A stretch of 64,000 bases of DNA from an uncultured Alphaproteobacteria bacterium (GTDB lineage Bacteria > Pseudomonadota > Alphaproteobacteria > RF32 > CAG-239), in assembly GCA_910587405.1 (NCBI GenBank), contig CAJUKS010000003.1:125268-189267 (forward strand), given 5' to 3'. The position numbers and the translations under genes are program-made. Shown here piece after piece: positions 51,917 to 62,119 of the stretch (position 1 is its first letter; every line of letters starts with the position of its first letter). The notes beneath the pieces were generated by a model. The model was not told the origin of the DNA, did no database searches, and saw only the letters and a program-made list of their open reading frames with translations.

Positions 51917-51947
51917 AATCCCGGCAAGATAAGCCGGGATTTCGGTT
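51917..51947 (+). terminator. Hairpin aatcccggc/gccgggatt downstream of secA
   Basis: Perfect 9-bp stem, weak U-tract. Confidence 0.45.
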
Positions 51948-51980
51948 TAAAAACAGAGACCGTCGGAAACAAAACATAAT

Positions 51981-53210
51981 GTGGGGCCTATGATCAGACA
52001 TATGATTGCTTTTGCACCTTCAACGCCGAAATTGGGAGAGTTTAACCAGTTGCGCGGGGTGCTATCGGGATTGATGCGCTTTTGCGACAAAGGTATGCAT
52101 TTTGCCTATAATCTTGATATGTGCTTTGAAAACGTGGCGGGAACGCCGCTTAAACGGCATCTGTATGCTGATGACGAAAGTTTTGAGCGCGATGTTTTTC
52201 GTTGTCTGGACGGTTATTTCTCTCATCATCTGCTGGTGCCGAAAGTGTTTGTCACCATTTGTTCGCCGGAAGACGCCGATAATGCCGCGGCCAACGTCGA
52301 TGCGGTTTGCCGGGCGGTCAAAGACTATTATGCCGCCCGCGGCATGGGCAGAGTGGTGACGGCTGCCGTCAATTCGAGCATATACAATTACGGATCGGCC
52401 GACGTGGTTCATGTCTGCGGGCATCTCATGAGCGAGGAAGAACGGCAAATGCTGGAAAGCGATGCGGAACTGAAACGGAAAATATTCGTTTCGGAAGGAA
52501 TCATCCACAATATGTCGCGTGTGTTTATCCGGCAGAAGTTCGGACAGCCGAAAATGCAAAAGGTATCGGCTGCGTGTCAAAACGGCCGTCCGAATGTTGT
52601 ATTCGTGCTCGGCGGCCGGGTAGCGGGGCCGGAAATTCGGTTGAGTTTGCATAACGCCGAAAATATTTTCCGTCGCGCGCAACAGCTGGCGCAGAGAAAT
52701 TACAACGTCATTATTGTCAACGGTCCGCGGACGCCGAATGACGTTACCGATTATTTTTATGAACAAAGTGTTGCAGGCGGAGAAGAAATTCGTTTTTACA
52801 ATTCGAAGCAGGTGGCACGGACCGACGAAGAGCGTCAACCGGAAAAATGGCGCATTTATTCGGGCCGATACGAAGAAGTCTTTTTACGTCAGGCTGCCGA
52901 ATTCGGCAATGTTTATCCCGCTGTGCTGGGGTTGGAAAATACGCTGGTCGTCCATACCTTTGATTCTTTTTCCTGTTGCGAAACCGCGGCTTGCGGCATT
53001 CCCACGGCAATCTGCCGGGAAGCGGAAGTCGACCGCGCCGTTCGTCCCGACTGCTATCGGCTGGCCGATCAGCTGACGGCGGCAGGTTATGCGATTGACT
53101 TTGCGGATTTTGATGCCGAAACCGAACCGCGGGACCTGAAACTGAAAGTTTTGCCAAACGTCAATTTTCTGCTGGCGGAAAAAATTATCGACCGGTTGTC
53201 GGAAGTCTGA
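51981..53210 (+). CDS. Hypothetical GT-B-like protein, possibly ELM1/DUF1022 family
   Basis: Alternating beta-alpha pattern with VVFVLGGR and VIIVNGPRTP; assignment tentative. Confidence 0.4.
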   Translation: MGPMIRHMIAFAPSTPKLGEFNQLRGVLSGLMRFCDKGMHFAYNLDMCFENVAGTPLKRHLYADDESFERDVFRCLDGYFSHHLLVPKVFVTICSPEDADNAAANVDAVCRAVKDYYAARGMGRVVTAAVNSSIYNYGSADVVHVCGHLMSEEERQMLESDAELKRKIFVSEGIIHNMSRVFIRQKFGQPKMQKVSAACQNGRPNVVFVLGGRVAGPEIRLSLHNAENIFRRAQQLAQRNYNVIIVNGPRTPNDVTDYFYEQSVAGGEEIRFYNSKQVARTDEERQPEKWRIYSGRYEEVFLRQAAEFGNVYPAVLGLENTLVVHTFDSFSCCETAACGIPTAICREAEVDRAVRPDCYRLADQLTAAGYAIDFADFDAETEPRDLKLKVLPNVNFLLAEKIIDRLSEV

Positions 53211-53397
53211 GCGGCGTCGTTTTGACGCAGTGGACGTCGGGGTGTTTTTTTTGCTTGACTATTGTTATTTATCAGATATAGTCGAGCAAAAGTTCAATGA
53301 TTTTTCATTGCGTTTTGTAATTTAACCACACTCCGAGGAGTGCCGCCAGTCAGCGAGGGTTCGCACACTGGCGTGCAATAGTTTATAGGTATGATGT

Positions 53398-54777
53398 ATG
53401 TTTGAGAACCTTACTGACAAACTGAGCGGCGTTTTTGCCCGGATCACCTCGCGCGGGGTGCTGAGCGACAAAGACATTGACGAAGCAATGCGGGAAATCC
53501 GGGTTGCTTTGCTTGAAGCCGATGTCGCTTTGCCGGTGGTTAAGGAGTTTATTGCCCAAGTCAAAGAGGAAGCCCGCGGCGAAAAACTGGTGCGTTCGAT
53601 TCAGCCGGGACAGCTGGTGGTAAAGATTGTTCACGATCAGCTGGTGAAACTGCTCGGTACGGAAGAAAACGGACTCAATTTTAACGTGGTGCCTCCGGCG
53701 GTGATTTTAATGACCGGCCTCCAAGGCTCGGGTAAAACGACAACGTCGGCCAAACTGGCGAAGCGGCTGGGTAAAAACCGCAAAGTGTTGCTGGCATCGT
53801 TGGACGTATATCGGCCGGCGGCGCAGGAACAGCTTGAACAGCTGGCGGCTCAGATCGGCGGCCACAGCCTGCCGATCGTAAAAGGCGAAAAACCGTTGGA
53901 AATTACCCGGCGGGCAATGGACGTTGCGAGAAAAGGCGGTTTCGACGTTTTGATTCTCGACTCGGCCGGACGACTGCATATTGACGAAACGCTGATGGAA
54001 GAATTGCAGGCGGTCAAAAAATTGTCGGAACCGGCAGAAACTTTGCTGGTGGCGGATGCGATGATGGGGCAGGACGCTTGCAACGTAGCCCGAGAATTTA
54101 ACGAAAGACTCGGACTGAGCGGAATTGTGCTGACCCGTATTGACGGTTCGTCCCGTGCCGGCGCGGCACTTTCGATGCGGATGATTGCCGGGGTACCGTT
54201 AAAGTTCTTAGGGACCGGCGAGAAAGTTGACGAACTGGAAGAATTTCACGCCGACCGAATTGCCGGACGGATTCTGGGGCAGGGAGACGTGGTTTCTCTG
54301 GTGGAGCGTACGCTGGAGACGGTGGATCGCGAAGAGGCGGACAAAATGGCTGCCCGGATGATGAAAGGCAAGTTTGACTTGGACGATTTGCTGGCGCAAT
54401 TGCGTCAGATACAGAAACTGGGCAGTCTGGGCGGAATTATGGGAATGATTCCCGGTTTGTCGAAGTTTAAAAATCAGATTGAGAATGCCGGCGTCGGCGA
54501 CGGTCTGATCAAAAAGCAAGAGGCGATTATTCTCTCAATGACGAAGTCGGAGAGGAAAAATCCCGATATCATCAAAGCCTCGCGCAAGAAGAGAATTGCA
54601 GCGGGCTCGGGTGTGGAAGTTCAGGACGTCAACAAGCTCTTGAAGCAATATGAGCAGATGGCGACCATGATGAAAAAAATGGGCAGGGGCGGCGGTCTTG
54701 CCGGTCTTGCTTCAATGATGAAAAACGCTCCTTTCGGAAAATTTCCGGGAGGAATGGGCAACAAGTTTCCGTTTTAA
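53398..54777 (+). CDS. ffh: Signal recognition particle protein Ffh
   Basis: N-domain, GTPase GLQGSGKTT, Met-rich C-terminal M-domain. Confidence 0.9.
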   Translation: MFENLTDKLSGVFARITSRGVLSDKDIDEAMREIRVALLEADVALPVVKEFIAQVKEEARGEKLVRSIQPGQLVVKIVHDQLVKLLGTEENGLNFNVVPPAVILMTGLQGSGKTTTSAKLAKRLGKNRKVLLASLDVYRPAAQEQLEQLAAQIGGHSLPIVKGEKPLEITRRAMDVARKGGFDVLILDSAGRLHIDETLMEELQAVKKLSEPAETLLVADAMMGQDACNVAREFNERLGLSGIVLTRIDGSSRAGAALSMRMIAGVPLKFLGTGEKVDELEEFHADRIAGRILGQGDVVSLVERTLETVDREEADKMAARMMKGKFDLDDLLAQLRQIQKLGSLGGIMGMIPGLSKFKNQIENAGVGDGLIKKQEAIILSMTKSERKNPDIIKASRKKRIAAGSGVEVQDVNKLLKQYEQMATMMKKMGRGGGLAGLASMMKNAPFGKFPGGMGNKFPF

Positions 54778-54833
54778 GCCATAAAGCGGAAAAAATTAAC
54801 TCGAATACATCTTTTTAGAAAGGAAAATAAAAA

Positions 54834-55205
54834 ATGGCAGTTCGTATCAGATTATCTCGCGGCGGTTCCAAGAAACGTCCGTTCTATCGTATTGTGGCAG
54901 CCGACCAAAGAGCGCCCCGCGACGGTAGATTTATTGAAAAACTCGGCACTTACAATCCGTTGTTGCCGCAGGATCATGAACAGAGACTGGTAATCAATGA
55001 AGAAAGAGTCAAATATTGGCTCGGCGTCGGTGCTCAGCCGACCGACAGACTGGAAAAGCTGTTTGGCAACCTCGGTCTGGTAAAAGCCCCGGCTATGCGT
55101 GAACAGCCGAAAAAATCGGCTCCGAAAGCCAAGGCTCAGGAAAGAATGAAAGAAAAAGAAGCTGCTGCTGCCGCTGCTGCCGAAGCTGCTTCGTCTGCCG
55201 AATAA
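54834..55205 (+). CDS. rpsP: 30S ribosomal protein S16 with Ala/Lys-rich C-terminal extension
   Basis: [21 protein letters not shown] signature. Confidence 0.9.
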   Translation: MAVRIRLSRGGSKKRPFYRIVAADQRAPRDGRFIEKLGTYNPLLPQDHEQRLVINEERVKYWLGVGAQPTDRLEKLFGNLGLVKAPAMREQPKKSAPKAKAQERMKEKEAAAAAAAEAASSAE

Positions 55206-55232
55206 TTTTTCAACAATTGAGGATCCGCTTTT

Positions 55233-55763
55233 ATGGAAAACGGTCGTAAAATCTGCCTGGGAGCTATCGTCGGCGTTCACGGAATCAAGGGTGAGGTCAA
55301 GGTAAAGAGCTTTACCGAAACCGATCGCAATCTTGAACGTTACGGGGTGCTCGAAGATCAGAACGGGCGTCGTTTTGAAGTAAAAGTGTCCGGGCATTCC
55401 AAGGAACTGCTCCGGGTGAAGATTAAAGGAATCGACGATCGCAATACCGCGGAAGGATTGATCGGCAGCCGTTTGTATGCCGAACGCGAAGTTTTGCCGC
55501 CGCTGGAGAATGAAGACGAGTTTTATCAGGCCGATCTGATCGGATTGGAAGTTCGTCAAAACGGCAGCGCGCAGCCGGCGGGCCGGGTGGCCGGGATTTA
55601 TAATTTCGGTGCCGGGGAAATTTTGGAAATCAAAGTTGCCGCGACCGGAAAGCTGGAAATGATTCCCTTCAACCGGGTTTATGTTCCCGAAGTTAATATT
55701 AAAGACGGTTATATTATTGTCAGCTCGGTTTCGATGCTGTTTGACGAGGAAGACGGGGAATAA
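55233..55763 (+). CDS. rimM: 16S rRNA processing protein RimM
   Basis: Position in ffh-rpsP-rimM-trmD-rplS operon; PRC-barrel-like C-terminus. Confidence 0.85.
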   Translation: MENGRKICLGAIVGVHGIKGEVKVKSFTETDRNLERYGVLEDQNGRRFEVKVSGHSKELLRVKIKGIDDRNTAEGLIGSRLYAEREVLPPLENEDEFYQADLIGLEVRQNGSAQPAGRVAGIYNFGAGEILEIKVAATGKLEMIPFNRVYVPEVNIKDGYIIVSSVSMLFDEEDGE

Positions 55764-56458
55764 TGGCGTTAAATTTTAAAATTTATACCATTTTTCCGGA
55801 AATTTTTCCGGGCTTTCTCGGCTATTCGCTGACCGGACGCGCATTGGAAGAAGGCATTTGGTCGTTTGAAACCGTAAATATCCGCGATTATGCTTTTGAC
55901 AAGCATGGTTCGGTTGATGACACGCCTTGCGGCGGCGGTGCCGGAATGGTGATGCGTGCCGATGTTTTGGGGCGTGCGATTGCCGCCAACCATCGCGGCG
56001 GCCGCATTTTAGCGATGAGCCCTAAAGGACGTCCGCTGACGCAGCAAACGGTACATCAATTGAGCCGGGAAAGTGAGATCAGCGTGGTTTGCGGCCGTTT
56101 TGAAGGAATAGACGAACGGGTGCTGGAAGCTTTTGACATTGAGGAAGTCAGCATCGGCGACTATATCCTGACCGGCGGCGAGCAAGCGGCGCAGATTATG
56201 TTTGACGCGATTATCCGTTTGTTGCCGGGTGTGCTCGGCAACGCGCAGTCGACGATGAGCGAAAGCTTTGAGGACTGTCTGCTCGAATATCCGCAATATA
56301 CCCGTCCGACCGAGTGGGAAGGAAGACAGGTTCCCGAGGTGCTGTTAAGCGGTCATCATAAGAAGATTGAGGACTGGCGCAAAGAGCAGGCCATAAAAAT
56401 TACCGGAGAACGCCGACCGGATCTGTTGAAAAAATATCTTGACTCAAAAAGGGTTTAG
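55763..56458 (+). CDS. trmD: tRNA (guanine37-N1)-methyltransferase
   Basis: SPOUT fold motifs; overlaps rimM stop. Confidence 0.9.
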   Translation: MALNFKIYTIFPEIFPGFLGYSLTGRALEEGIWSFETVNIRDYAFDKHGSVDDTPCGGGAGMVMRADVLGRAIAANHRGGRILAMSPKGRPLTQQTVHQLSRESEISVVCGRFEGIDERVLEAFDIEEVSIGDYILTGGEQAAQIMFDAIIRLLPGVLGNAQSTMSESFEDCLLEYPQYTRPTEWEGRQVPEVLLSGHHKKIEDWRKEQAIKITGERRPDLLKKYLDSKRV

Positions 56459-56499
56459 GCATAGAAAGTAACAAAATATTTTAAGTAAAGGTAACTCTA

Positions 56500-56904
56500 A
56501 TGAACATTTTAAAAGAAGTAGAAAAAGAGCAGATTGCAAAGCTCAGCGAAGGCAAAAGCCTTCCGACATTTAAGCCGGGCGATACTTTGAAAGTTCACAC
56601 CAAAGTTAAAGAAGGCGATCGTGAACGTATTCAGGTTTATGAAGGTGTCTGCATTGCCCGTAAAAACGACGGACTGAATTCTTCTTTTACCGTCAGAAAA
56701 ATTTCTTTCGGTGAAGGCGTCGAACGCGTATTCCCGCTGTATTCTCCGAATATTGCCAAGATTGAAGTTTCGCGTATCGGTCGTGTCCGTCGCGCCAAAC
56801 TGTATTTCCTGCGCGCTTTGCGCGGCCGTTCGGCTCGTATTGCCGACGATCTGCGTGCCGCTCAGAAGGCAAAAGAAGCTGCTGCTGCCGCTTCCGAGAA
56901 ATAA
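56500..56904 (+). CDS. rplS: 50S ribosomal protein L19
   Basis: Conserved L19 core; Ala-rich tail. Confidence 0.9.
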   Translation: MNILKEVEKEQIAKLSEGKSLPTFKPGDTLKVHTKVKEGDRERIQVYEGVCIARKNDGLNSSFTVRKISFGEGVERVFPLYSPNIAKIEVSRIGRVRRAKLYFLRALRGRSARIADDLRAAQKAKEAAAAASEK

Positions 56905-56930
56905 TTGCGGCAACTGTCGTTTGTTATGAA

Positions 56931-56962
56931 AAAACCTCTCCGTTACGGAGAGGTTTTTTTTG
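56931..56962 (+). terminator. Rho-independent terminator acctctccg-tta-cggagaggt + T8
   Basis: Perfect hairpin plus T-run after rplS. Confidence 0.6.
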
Positions 56963-57081
56963 CGTTGACAAACAGGGCAGGCGGGCGGCGGTTGTTTGGA
57001 TGATAAAGCCGAAACGATCGGCGTAAACGGCCGGAAGGACGGCGGATGGCATTGTCGGAGTTTGGGGCAAAAAAGCTAAAA

Positions 57082-57252
57082 CTGTATCAAAAAAAGGTTC
57101 GTTTTTTTGATACAGGCAAATCGTACAACAAAGAAGAATTAAATTCAAGAAGATTGTGAGATTATCAATAGGTTAGGAAAAGTCTTTCTGCATAATAAAT
57201 TGTATCAAAAAAACGAACGTTTAACGATTATAATTTAAAATTGAGGAATAAT
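57082..57252. promoter_or_regulatory. Conserved 5' cassette of autotransporter paralogue 3: 14-bp-arm palindrome CTGTATCAAAAAAA-GGTTCG-TTTTTTTGATACAG (57082-57115) plus proximal half-site TGTATCAAAAAAACGAACG (57201-57219); TATAAT at 57229-57234
   Basis: Near-identical to locus 2 cassette except GATC core replaced by GTTC/GAAC. Confidence 0.55.
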
Positions 57253-60200
57253 ATGAGAAAGACTAGACTATCGGCGGCGGTTCTGCTGCTGTCCGCCACT
57301 TTTTTAAGTACGCCGACAATTGCCGTTTCTTTAACGCCGACTTTGGGAGAAAACAGTACGTTTTCGTATAACGAAGGTTCGGCAGGTGATTATAACTTTA
57401 CATTAAAGGAAGCAGATGCAGACGGCAAACTCACGACCAAATATTATAAAGTTGATCTGAAACCGGAAATCTTTGCAACTTCTCCGCGCATTAGTTGGAC
57501 TGCGGTGAGCGAAGATCAAAAAGATGCTGCCGACGTGGTAGAAATCAAATTGCCGAACGATCAGACAAAGTATTTCAAATATGCGTATGTTAGTTTAACA
57601 GGTGATGAACTTGTACATAAAGAACCGCTAAATTTTGAAATTGAAAGTGTCGGTTCGACGGTCACCCAATCTGGCGGAACGGCGATTAATAATACAAGTG
57701 ATTATGGAAATTTAGAAGGTAAGGTATTTAGTGAAAATGAGGCCGTTGCGTTGGTTAAAAATGCCCGCTATTTCTACTTGCAAGGAGGATCTGTCTATAA
57801 CAGCGGCAGTTTTGGAAGTGTGGCGGCAGATTTCATCGGCAATTCTGTTGTAGTAAATGCTCAGAACGATGGGTATATGTATGCTCAAGGCGGAGCCATT
57901 TATAATGCCGGTCATATTGCTTCTGTTAACGGAGATTTTGCCGGCAACTTTGCCGATGATCGGGATACGGGAGTATATCTTCATAAACAGTCATATTCTC
58001 AAGGCGGTGCAATTTACAATGTTGGAACCATAGATGAAATGAATAGTAATTTTGTGGGAAATTATACTTCCAGTTCGGGATCAAGTTACTATTTTTATTC
58101 TCAAGGCGGTGCGATTTCCAACAGTGGGGTCATCGGAAACGTTGTAGGACATTTTATCGGAAATTATGCTTATGGTTCCAATACTTATTCCAACACCAGT
58201 TATTTTTCCGGGAGTCAGGGCGGTGCCATTTATAATACCAATACGATGGGTAATATTAGCGGTGATTTTATCGGCAACTATGCTTATAGTTCCGATCAAA
58301 GCGGCGAGTCCGGAGGCGGTGCCGTTTATAATACCGGTACGATCGGCAATATTAGCGGTGATTTTATCGGCAACTATGCTTATAGTTCCAATCCGGGCAG
58401 TACGGCTCGCGGTGGTGCGGTCAGTAACGGCAATAAGACGATCAACGGTATCTCTGGCAATTTTATCGGTAACTACGTTTATTCTGCAAATAGCGAAGCG
58501 GAAGGCGGTGCGATTTATAATGTTAATAGGAATCAGGCAGCTATAGGCGATATTAACGGCAGTTTTTTGAATAACTATGCGCAAACTTTGTCAGACAAAG
58601 AATTTGCTCTTGGCGGGGCGATTCATACAAATAATAATTTAACCTTTTTTTCTGACAAAAATACAAATTTTCTTTCCGGAAACTATACTCTGGATAAAAG
58701 AGGAAAAATCTATAATGCAATCTTTATTAATATCCCAAGAGAAGGTAAAAATGACAAAGCGCAGAATTTACTTACTTTGAAAACCGGCAATGAAGGAAAA
58801 ATAGTCATTAACGATAATATTGTCGGTGCTCATATAAATGACAAAAGCCTTGCAGAGGTAGGAATATCGTTTGGGGAGTATGCTTTGCCCTTTAACTTAA
58901 CACTTACCGGTGATGACACCATTGATGCGGATACGGGTACGACAACCCAGTATGTTGCAATCAATAATGATATTATCAATGCGGGAACGGTGACGGTTAA
59001 CGGTACCACCTTGCGTTTTGGCGCTTTTCAGCACGAAGACCGGACGGCCAAGAACTGGGACGGCAAAGGGGCTTTTGTTGCCTCGCTGAACGCCGACGGT
59101 ACCGCCAACCGCGACGCTGCCGCAGTGACGAGCTTGTCGTTGAATAACGGTGTGTTTGATATTGCCAACGGCTATCAGGAAACCGTCAAGCTGAAAGGCT
59201 ACTCGGCGACCGACAGCTTTATGCATATCGACGTTGATCCCGATAATATGAGCGCGGATATGTTGAATGTTAACGGCAATGTCGAAGGCGTCACCAAGCT
59301 GATTGTTCACGCTTCGTCTGATGCCGATATCCGCGGCAAGGGAGAAATTCTGTTTGCGCAATCGGAGAATGATACGACCGGTAACGCGGGTTCGTTCGTG
59401 GTCTCGCGTGTTTATAAGAGTCCGTATTTGTTTGATGTTAAATACAATCAAATTGCCGACAACAGCAACAAATGGTACTTTGAGATGAACGATCAGCCGA
59501 ATGAAGAACCAAAAGAACCGGAAAAGCCCGACGTTCCCGATGTTCCTGATGTTCCGACGCCGCCGACCCCGGAACTGCCGGATATTCCGCCGGTTAAGCC
59601 GCAGCCGTTGCCGGGCAGCGACCGTCCGGTAGCACCGGAAGTGATTGGCGCCGAATCTCTCCCCGCGGCTGGTTTGGCTCAGACCTCCAACATGATCTAC
59701 AACATCATGCAGAAAGTGTCTTCAAACCGTTTCTACTGCCCCGGTTGCGGTTTCTATGATTACTACTGGAACGGCGAAGCCTTCCACAATCTGTGGGCAA
59801 ACGCGGTTTACAATACGCTTCGCATCAAGACGCCGACCGATATCGACGCCGAGGTCTGGGGTTTAGAGGCCGGCGGCGACCTGCAGCATGATCTCAACAA
59901 CAAGCTGGGTCTGTTTTTGTCCTACCGCAAAGGTAATTACGACATGAACGGCGACGGCAAGCATCATTACTCGACGATCGGATCTGAGATTGACATTGAT
60001 TCGTATCTTGCCGGTCTGTATTACCGTTATGACCGTAACCACTGGTGGACTTTTGCCACCGTATACGGCGGCATTCAGAAAGTTGATCTGAAGACCAAAG
60101 ACGGCATCAAGTCGGATACCGACGGTACCGAGTTCGGCGGCAGCGTTGAGTTGGGTTATGACTATGCGATCAACAAAACCCTGTACCTGACCCCGAGTGT

Positions 60201-60573
60201 CGGCGCCTTCTATACTCAGGTTGATTACGACGACGCCACCGACAGTGCCGGCAAGGTTGCAAAGTACAACACCTTGCGTCAGCTGGAGTTGGAAGCCGGC
60301 GTCAAACTGACGAAAGCGTTTGTAACGGACGAAGGCTACGCCAACGTTTATGTCAAACCGAGTGTTGTCCGCACCATTACCGACGGTGACGAGGTTCGGA
60401 TCACCGGTTTGGACAAAGTCAACACTTTGGATGACCAGACGCTGGGCCGGGTTGAAATTGGCGGCCGTTACGGCTTTACCGAACAGTTGTCGGCCTATGG
60501 CTGGGCCAACCACACCTTCGGCGACGACTACAAAGCCTCGACCTTCGGTTTGGGTCTCAGTTACAATTGGTAG
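57253..60573 (+). CDS. Autotransporter with Pmp-type GGAI/FxxN repeats, Pro-rich linker and C-terminal beta-barrel; paralogue 3
   Basis: Signal peptide MRKTRLSAAVLLLSATFL (identical nt block to paralogue 2); >12 GGAIxN/FIGN repeats; barrel homologous to paralogues 1-2. Confidence 0.8.
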   Translation: MRKTRLSAAVLLLSATFLSTPTIAVSLTPTLGENSTFSYNEGSAGDYNFTLKEADADGKLTTKYYKVDLKPEIFATSPRISWTAVSEDQKDAADVVEIKLPNDQTKYFKYAYVSLTGDELVHKEPLNFEIESVGSTVTQSGGTAINNTSDYGNLEGKVFSENEAVALVKNARYFYLQGGSVYNSGSFGSVAADFIGNSVVVNAQNDGYMYAQGGAIYNAGHIASVNGDFAGNFADDRDTGVYLHKQSYSQGGAIYNVGTIDEMNSNFVGNYTSSSGSSYYFYSQGGAISNSGVIGNVVGHFIGNYAYGSNTYSNTSYFSGSQGGAIYNTNTMGNISGDFIGNYAYSSDQSGESGGGAVYNTGTIGNISGDFIGNYAYSSNPGSTARGGAVSNGNKTINGISGNFIGNYVYSANSEAEGGAIYNVNRNQAAIGDINGSFLNNYAQTLSDKEFALGGAIHTNNNLTFFSDKNTNFLSGNYTLDKRGKIYNAIFINIPREGKNDKAQNLLTLKTGNEGKIVINDNIVGAHINDKSLAEVGISFGEYALPFNLTLTGDDTIDADTGTTTQYVAINNDIINAGTVTVNGTTLRFGAFQHEDRTAKNWDGKGAFVASLNADGTANRDAAAVTSLSLNNGVFDIANGYQETVKLKGYSATDSFMHIDVDPDNMSADMLNVNGNVEGVTKLIVHASSDADIRGKGEILFAQSENDTTGNAGSFVVSRVYKSPYLFDVKYNQIADNSNKWYFEMNDQPNEEPKEPEKPDVPDVPDVPTPPTPELPDIPPVKPQPLPGSDRPVAPEVIGAESLPAAGLAQTSNMIYNIMQKVSSNRFYCPGCGFYDYYWNGEAFHNLWANAVYNTLRIKTPTDIDAEVWGLEAGGDLQHDLNNKLGLFLSYRKGNYDMNGDGKHHYSTIGSEIDIDSYLAGLYYRYDRNHWWTFATVYGGIQKVDLKTKDGIKSDTDGTEFGGSVELGYDYAINKTLYLTPSVGAFYTQVDYDDATDSAGKVAKYNTLRQLELEAGVKLTKAFVTDEGYANVYVKPSVVRTITDGDEVRITGLDKVNTLDDQTLGRVEIGGRYGFTEQLSAYGWANHTFGDDYKASTFGLGLSYNW
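58222..58410. repeat. Intragenic 96-bp tandem repeat (2 units) within passenger domain of paralogue 3
   Basis: 42-bp identical cores at 58252-58293 and 58348-58389. Confidence 0.6.
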
Positions 60574-60588
60574 TTCTGCTCCGTAACG

Positions 60589-60620
60589 AAAAGCGGCAAT
60601 CAAAATTGCCGCTTTTTTGT
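60589..60620 (+). terminator. Rho-independent terminator aaagcggcaat-caaa-attgccgcttt + T-run
   Basis: Perfect 11-bp stem. Confidence 0.6.
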
Positions 60621-60669
60621 TGTTAAAATATTTGAACAATGTGACTTTGATCAAACAAGCCGATGAAGA

Positions 60670-61440
60670 TTATTCAGCTTCTGCCAGTTCGACTTTGTTG
60701 AGCAAAAACTTAGGCGTTTTGCCTTGAAAAGAATTGTATTTTTTACACAGAGCCATCGCTTCGGGATCGGGTTGAAAAGCTTTTGAGGCTGCGGCCGTGT
60801 TGTTGACGTTTTTGTTATTTTCGGCCGGCGCGGAAAGCTTTGCTTCCTGTTCTTTGGTTTTGTCGACTTTGATTTCCTGCGGCGCTTTCAAAATCTTGTC
60901 CAAAATGCCCTGAGTTTCGCGCGAACGGCGGTTGGTATAAACGATGTTTTGTTTGTCGACCGGCATCATCTCGAGGATTTTTTCCATATTTTCAATTTGT
61001 TTGTTTTTCTTGATCAGGTTGATGTCGTCAACCACCAGGATATTGATTTTGGAAAGATCAATTTGTTGTTCGGCGGCCAGATCAACCAACAGATCGGGCG
61101 AACCGATGATAACGTCGCAGTCGTTTTCGCCGTCGTTGCTGTCTTCGGATTCTTCGTGAAAACGATTCAGCATCGCCAGATTGTCGGAAATCATGACCGA
61201 TTTTTGCGAATCCGAAGTCATAATCAGGATATTTTGTTTTTCGTTGCGGCTGATGATGTCGATCAACGGCAGGACGTACGAGATCGTTTTGCCGCAGCCG
61301 CCGGGCGCAATCGTGAAAATGTCTTTTCCCTGCAGAATGGCCGGGATAACGTCAATCTGCACCGTGGTCGGCTTTTCGATGCCGCATTCGTTGATGGCTT
61401 TTATGGTTTTTTCGCTTAATCCTAAATCTAAGAAATTCAT
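60670..61440 (-). CDS. Degenerate DEAD-box-like protein containing only a RecA1-like N-domain
   Basis: Q-motif-like start (F..LGL...I.KAI...G...PT.VQ), motif I APGGCGKT, motif II DEAD replaced by VVDD; no C-terminal helicase domain; Asn/Lys-rich tail. Confidence 0.55.
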   Translation of the reverse strand: MNFLDLGLSEKTIKAINECGIEKPTTVQIDVIPAILQGKDIFTIAPGGCGKTISYVLPLIDIISRNEKQNILIMTSDSQKSVMISDNLAMLNRFHEESEDSNDGENDCDVIIGSPDLLVDLAAEQQIDLSKINILVVDDINLIKKNKQIENMEKILEMMPVDKQNIVYTNRRSRETQGILDKILKAPQEIKVDKTKEQEAKLSAPAENNKNVNNTAAASKAFQPDPEAMALCKKYNSFQGKTPKFLLNKVELAEAE

Positions 61441-61509
61441 TTTACTTCTTCCGCTAAAAATTTGGTCTTGCCGGTATTATCTATTTTTTGCCCAAAGAGT
61501 CAACCTTTA

Positions 61510-61542
61510 ACAAAAAACAAGCCGCAGATTTTTCTGCGGCTT
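61510..61542 (-). terminator. Hairpin aagccgcag-N7-tgcggctt with T-run on minus strand (terminator of cupin gene)
   Basis: Perfect 8-bp stem. Confidence 0.45.
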
Positions 61543-61565
61543 GAGGGGCAAAGCATACGGAACGG

Positions 61566-61928
61566 TTATACGCGTCCGTAAACGTCTTCGAGGCGGACGA
61601 TATCGTTTTCGTCAAGATTGTCGCCGGCCTGTACTTCGATGAACTCGACATCGCTGTCGGTAGCGTTTTCAATCCGGTGTTTGGTTTCGACCGGGATGAA
61701 GATGTGTTCATCGGTGCGTTTGGTCAGAATTTCGTCGCCGAGGGTTACCAAAGCGGTGCCTTTGACGATGATCCAGTGTTCGGCCCGGTGGTGGTGCAAT
61801 TGCAGCGAAAGCTTGGAACCGGGGGTAACTTTGATTCTTTTAACACAAAAAGTTTCACCGCAGTCAAGAACTTCCCAAGTCCCCCAGGGACGAGTGTCTT
61901 TCTGCCCGCGTACATAATTGTTTGCCAT
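61566..61928 (-). CDS. Stand-alone cupin, mannose-6-phosphate isomerase type II C-terminal-domain-like
   Basis: GSKLSLQLHHHRAEHWIIVKGTALV...IPVETKHRIEN matches the cupin of ManC/AlgA-type PMI; RBS aaggaa before MANNY start. Confidence 0.6.
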   Translation of the reverse strand: MANNYVRGQKDTRPWGTWEVLDCGETFCVKRIKVTPGSKLSLQLHHHRAEHWIIVKGTALVTLGDEILTKRTDEHIFIPVETKHRIENATDSDVEFIEVQAGDNLDENDIVRLEDVYGRV

Positions 61929-62119
61929 GTTTTTTGATTCCTTAAAATTATATAACAAAAAATTGCCTATGTTCAGAAGATACGTTGAGCGGCGAAAAGA
62001 GTCAACAGTTATCTTGGGTTAAGAAAATGCCGAATTAAATTATTTTGCACTTGATGAAAATGAAGATAAAGAATATAAATGAAGCCACGGTAAAATTTTA
62101 ATTAAACGGAAAAAAATCA

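Noticed and set aside
53211-53397. Possible SRP RNA or other ncRNA in the leader before ffh (hairpin gccagtcagcgagggttcgcacactggc)
   Set aside because: No match to the conserved SRP RNA domain IV motif or to tmRNA/6S features that I can recognise; probably just a 5' leader. Could be re-checked with Rfam.
30914-60573. CRISPR-like regularly spaced repeats
   Set aside because: The only regularly spaced repeats are coding Pmp-type GGAI/FxxN units inside the autotransporter passenger domains, not repeat-spacer arrays; no cas genes.
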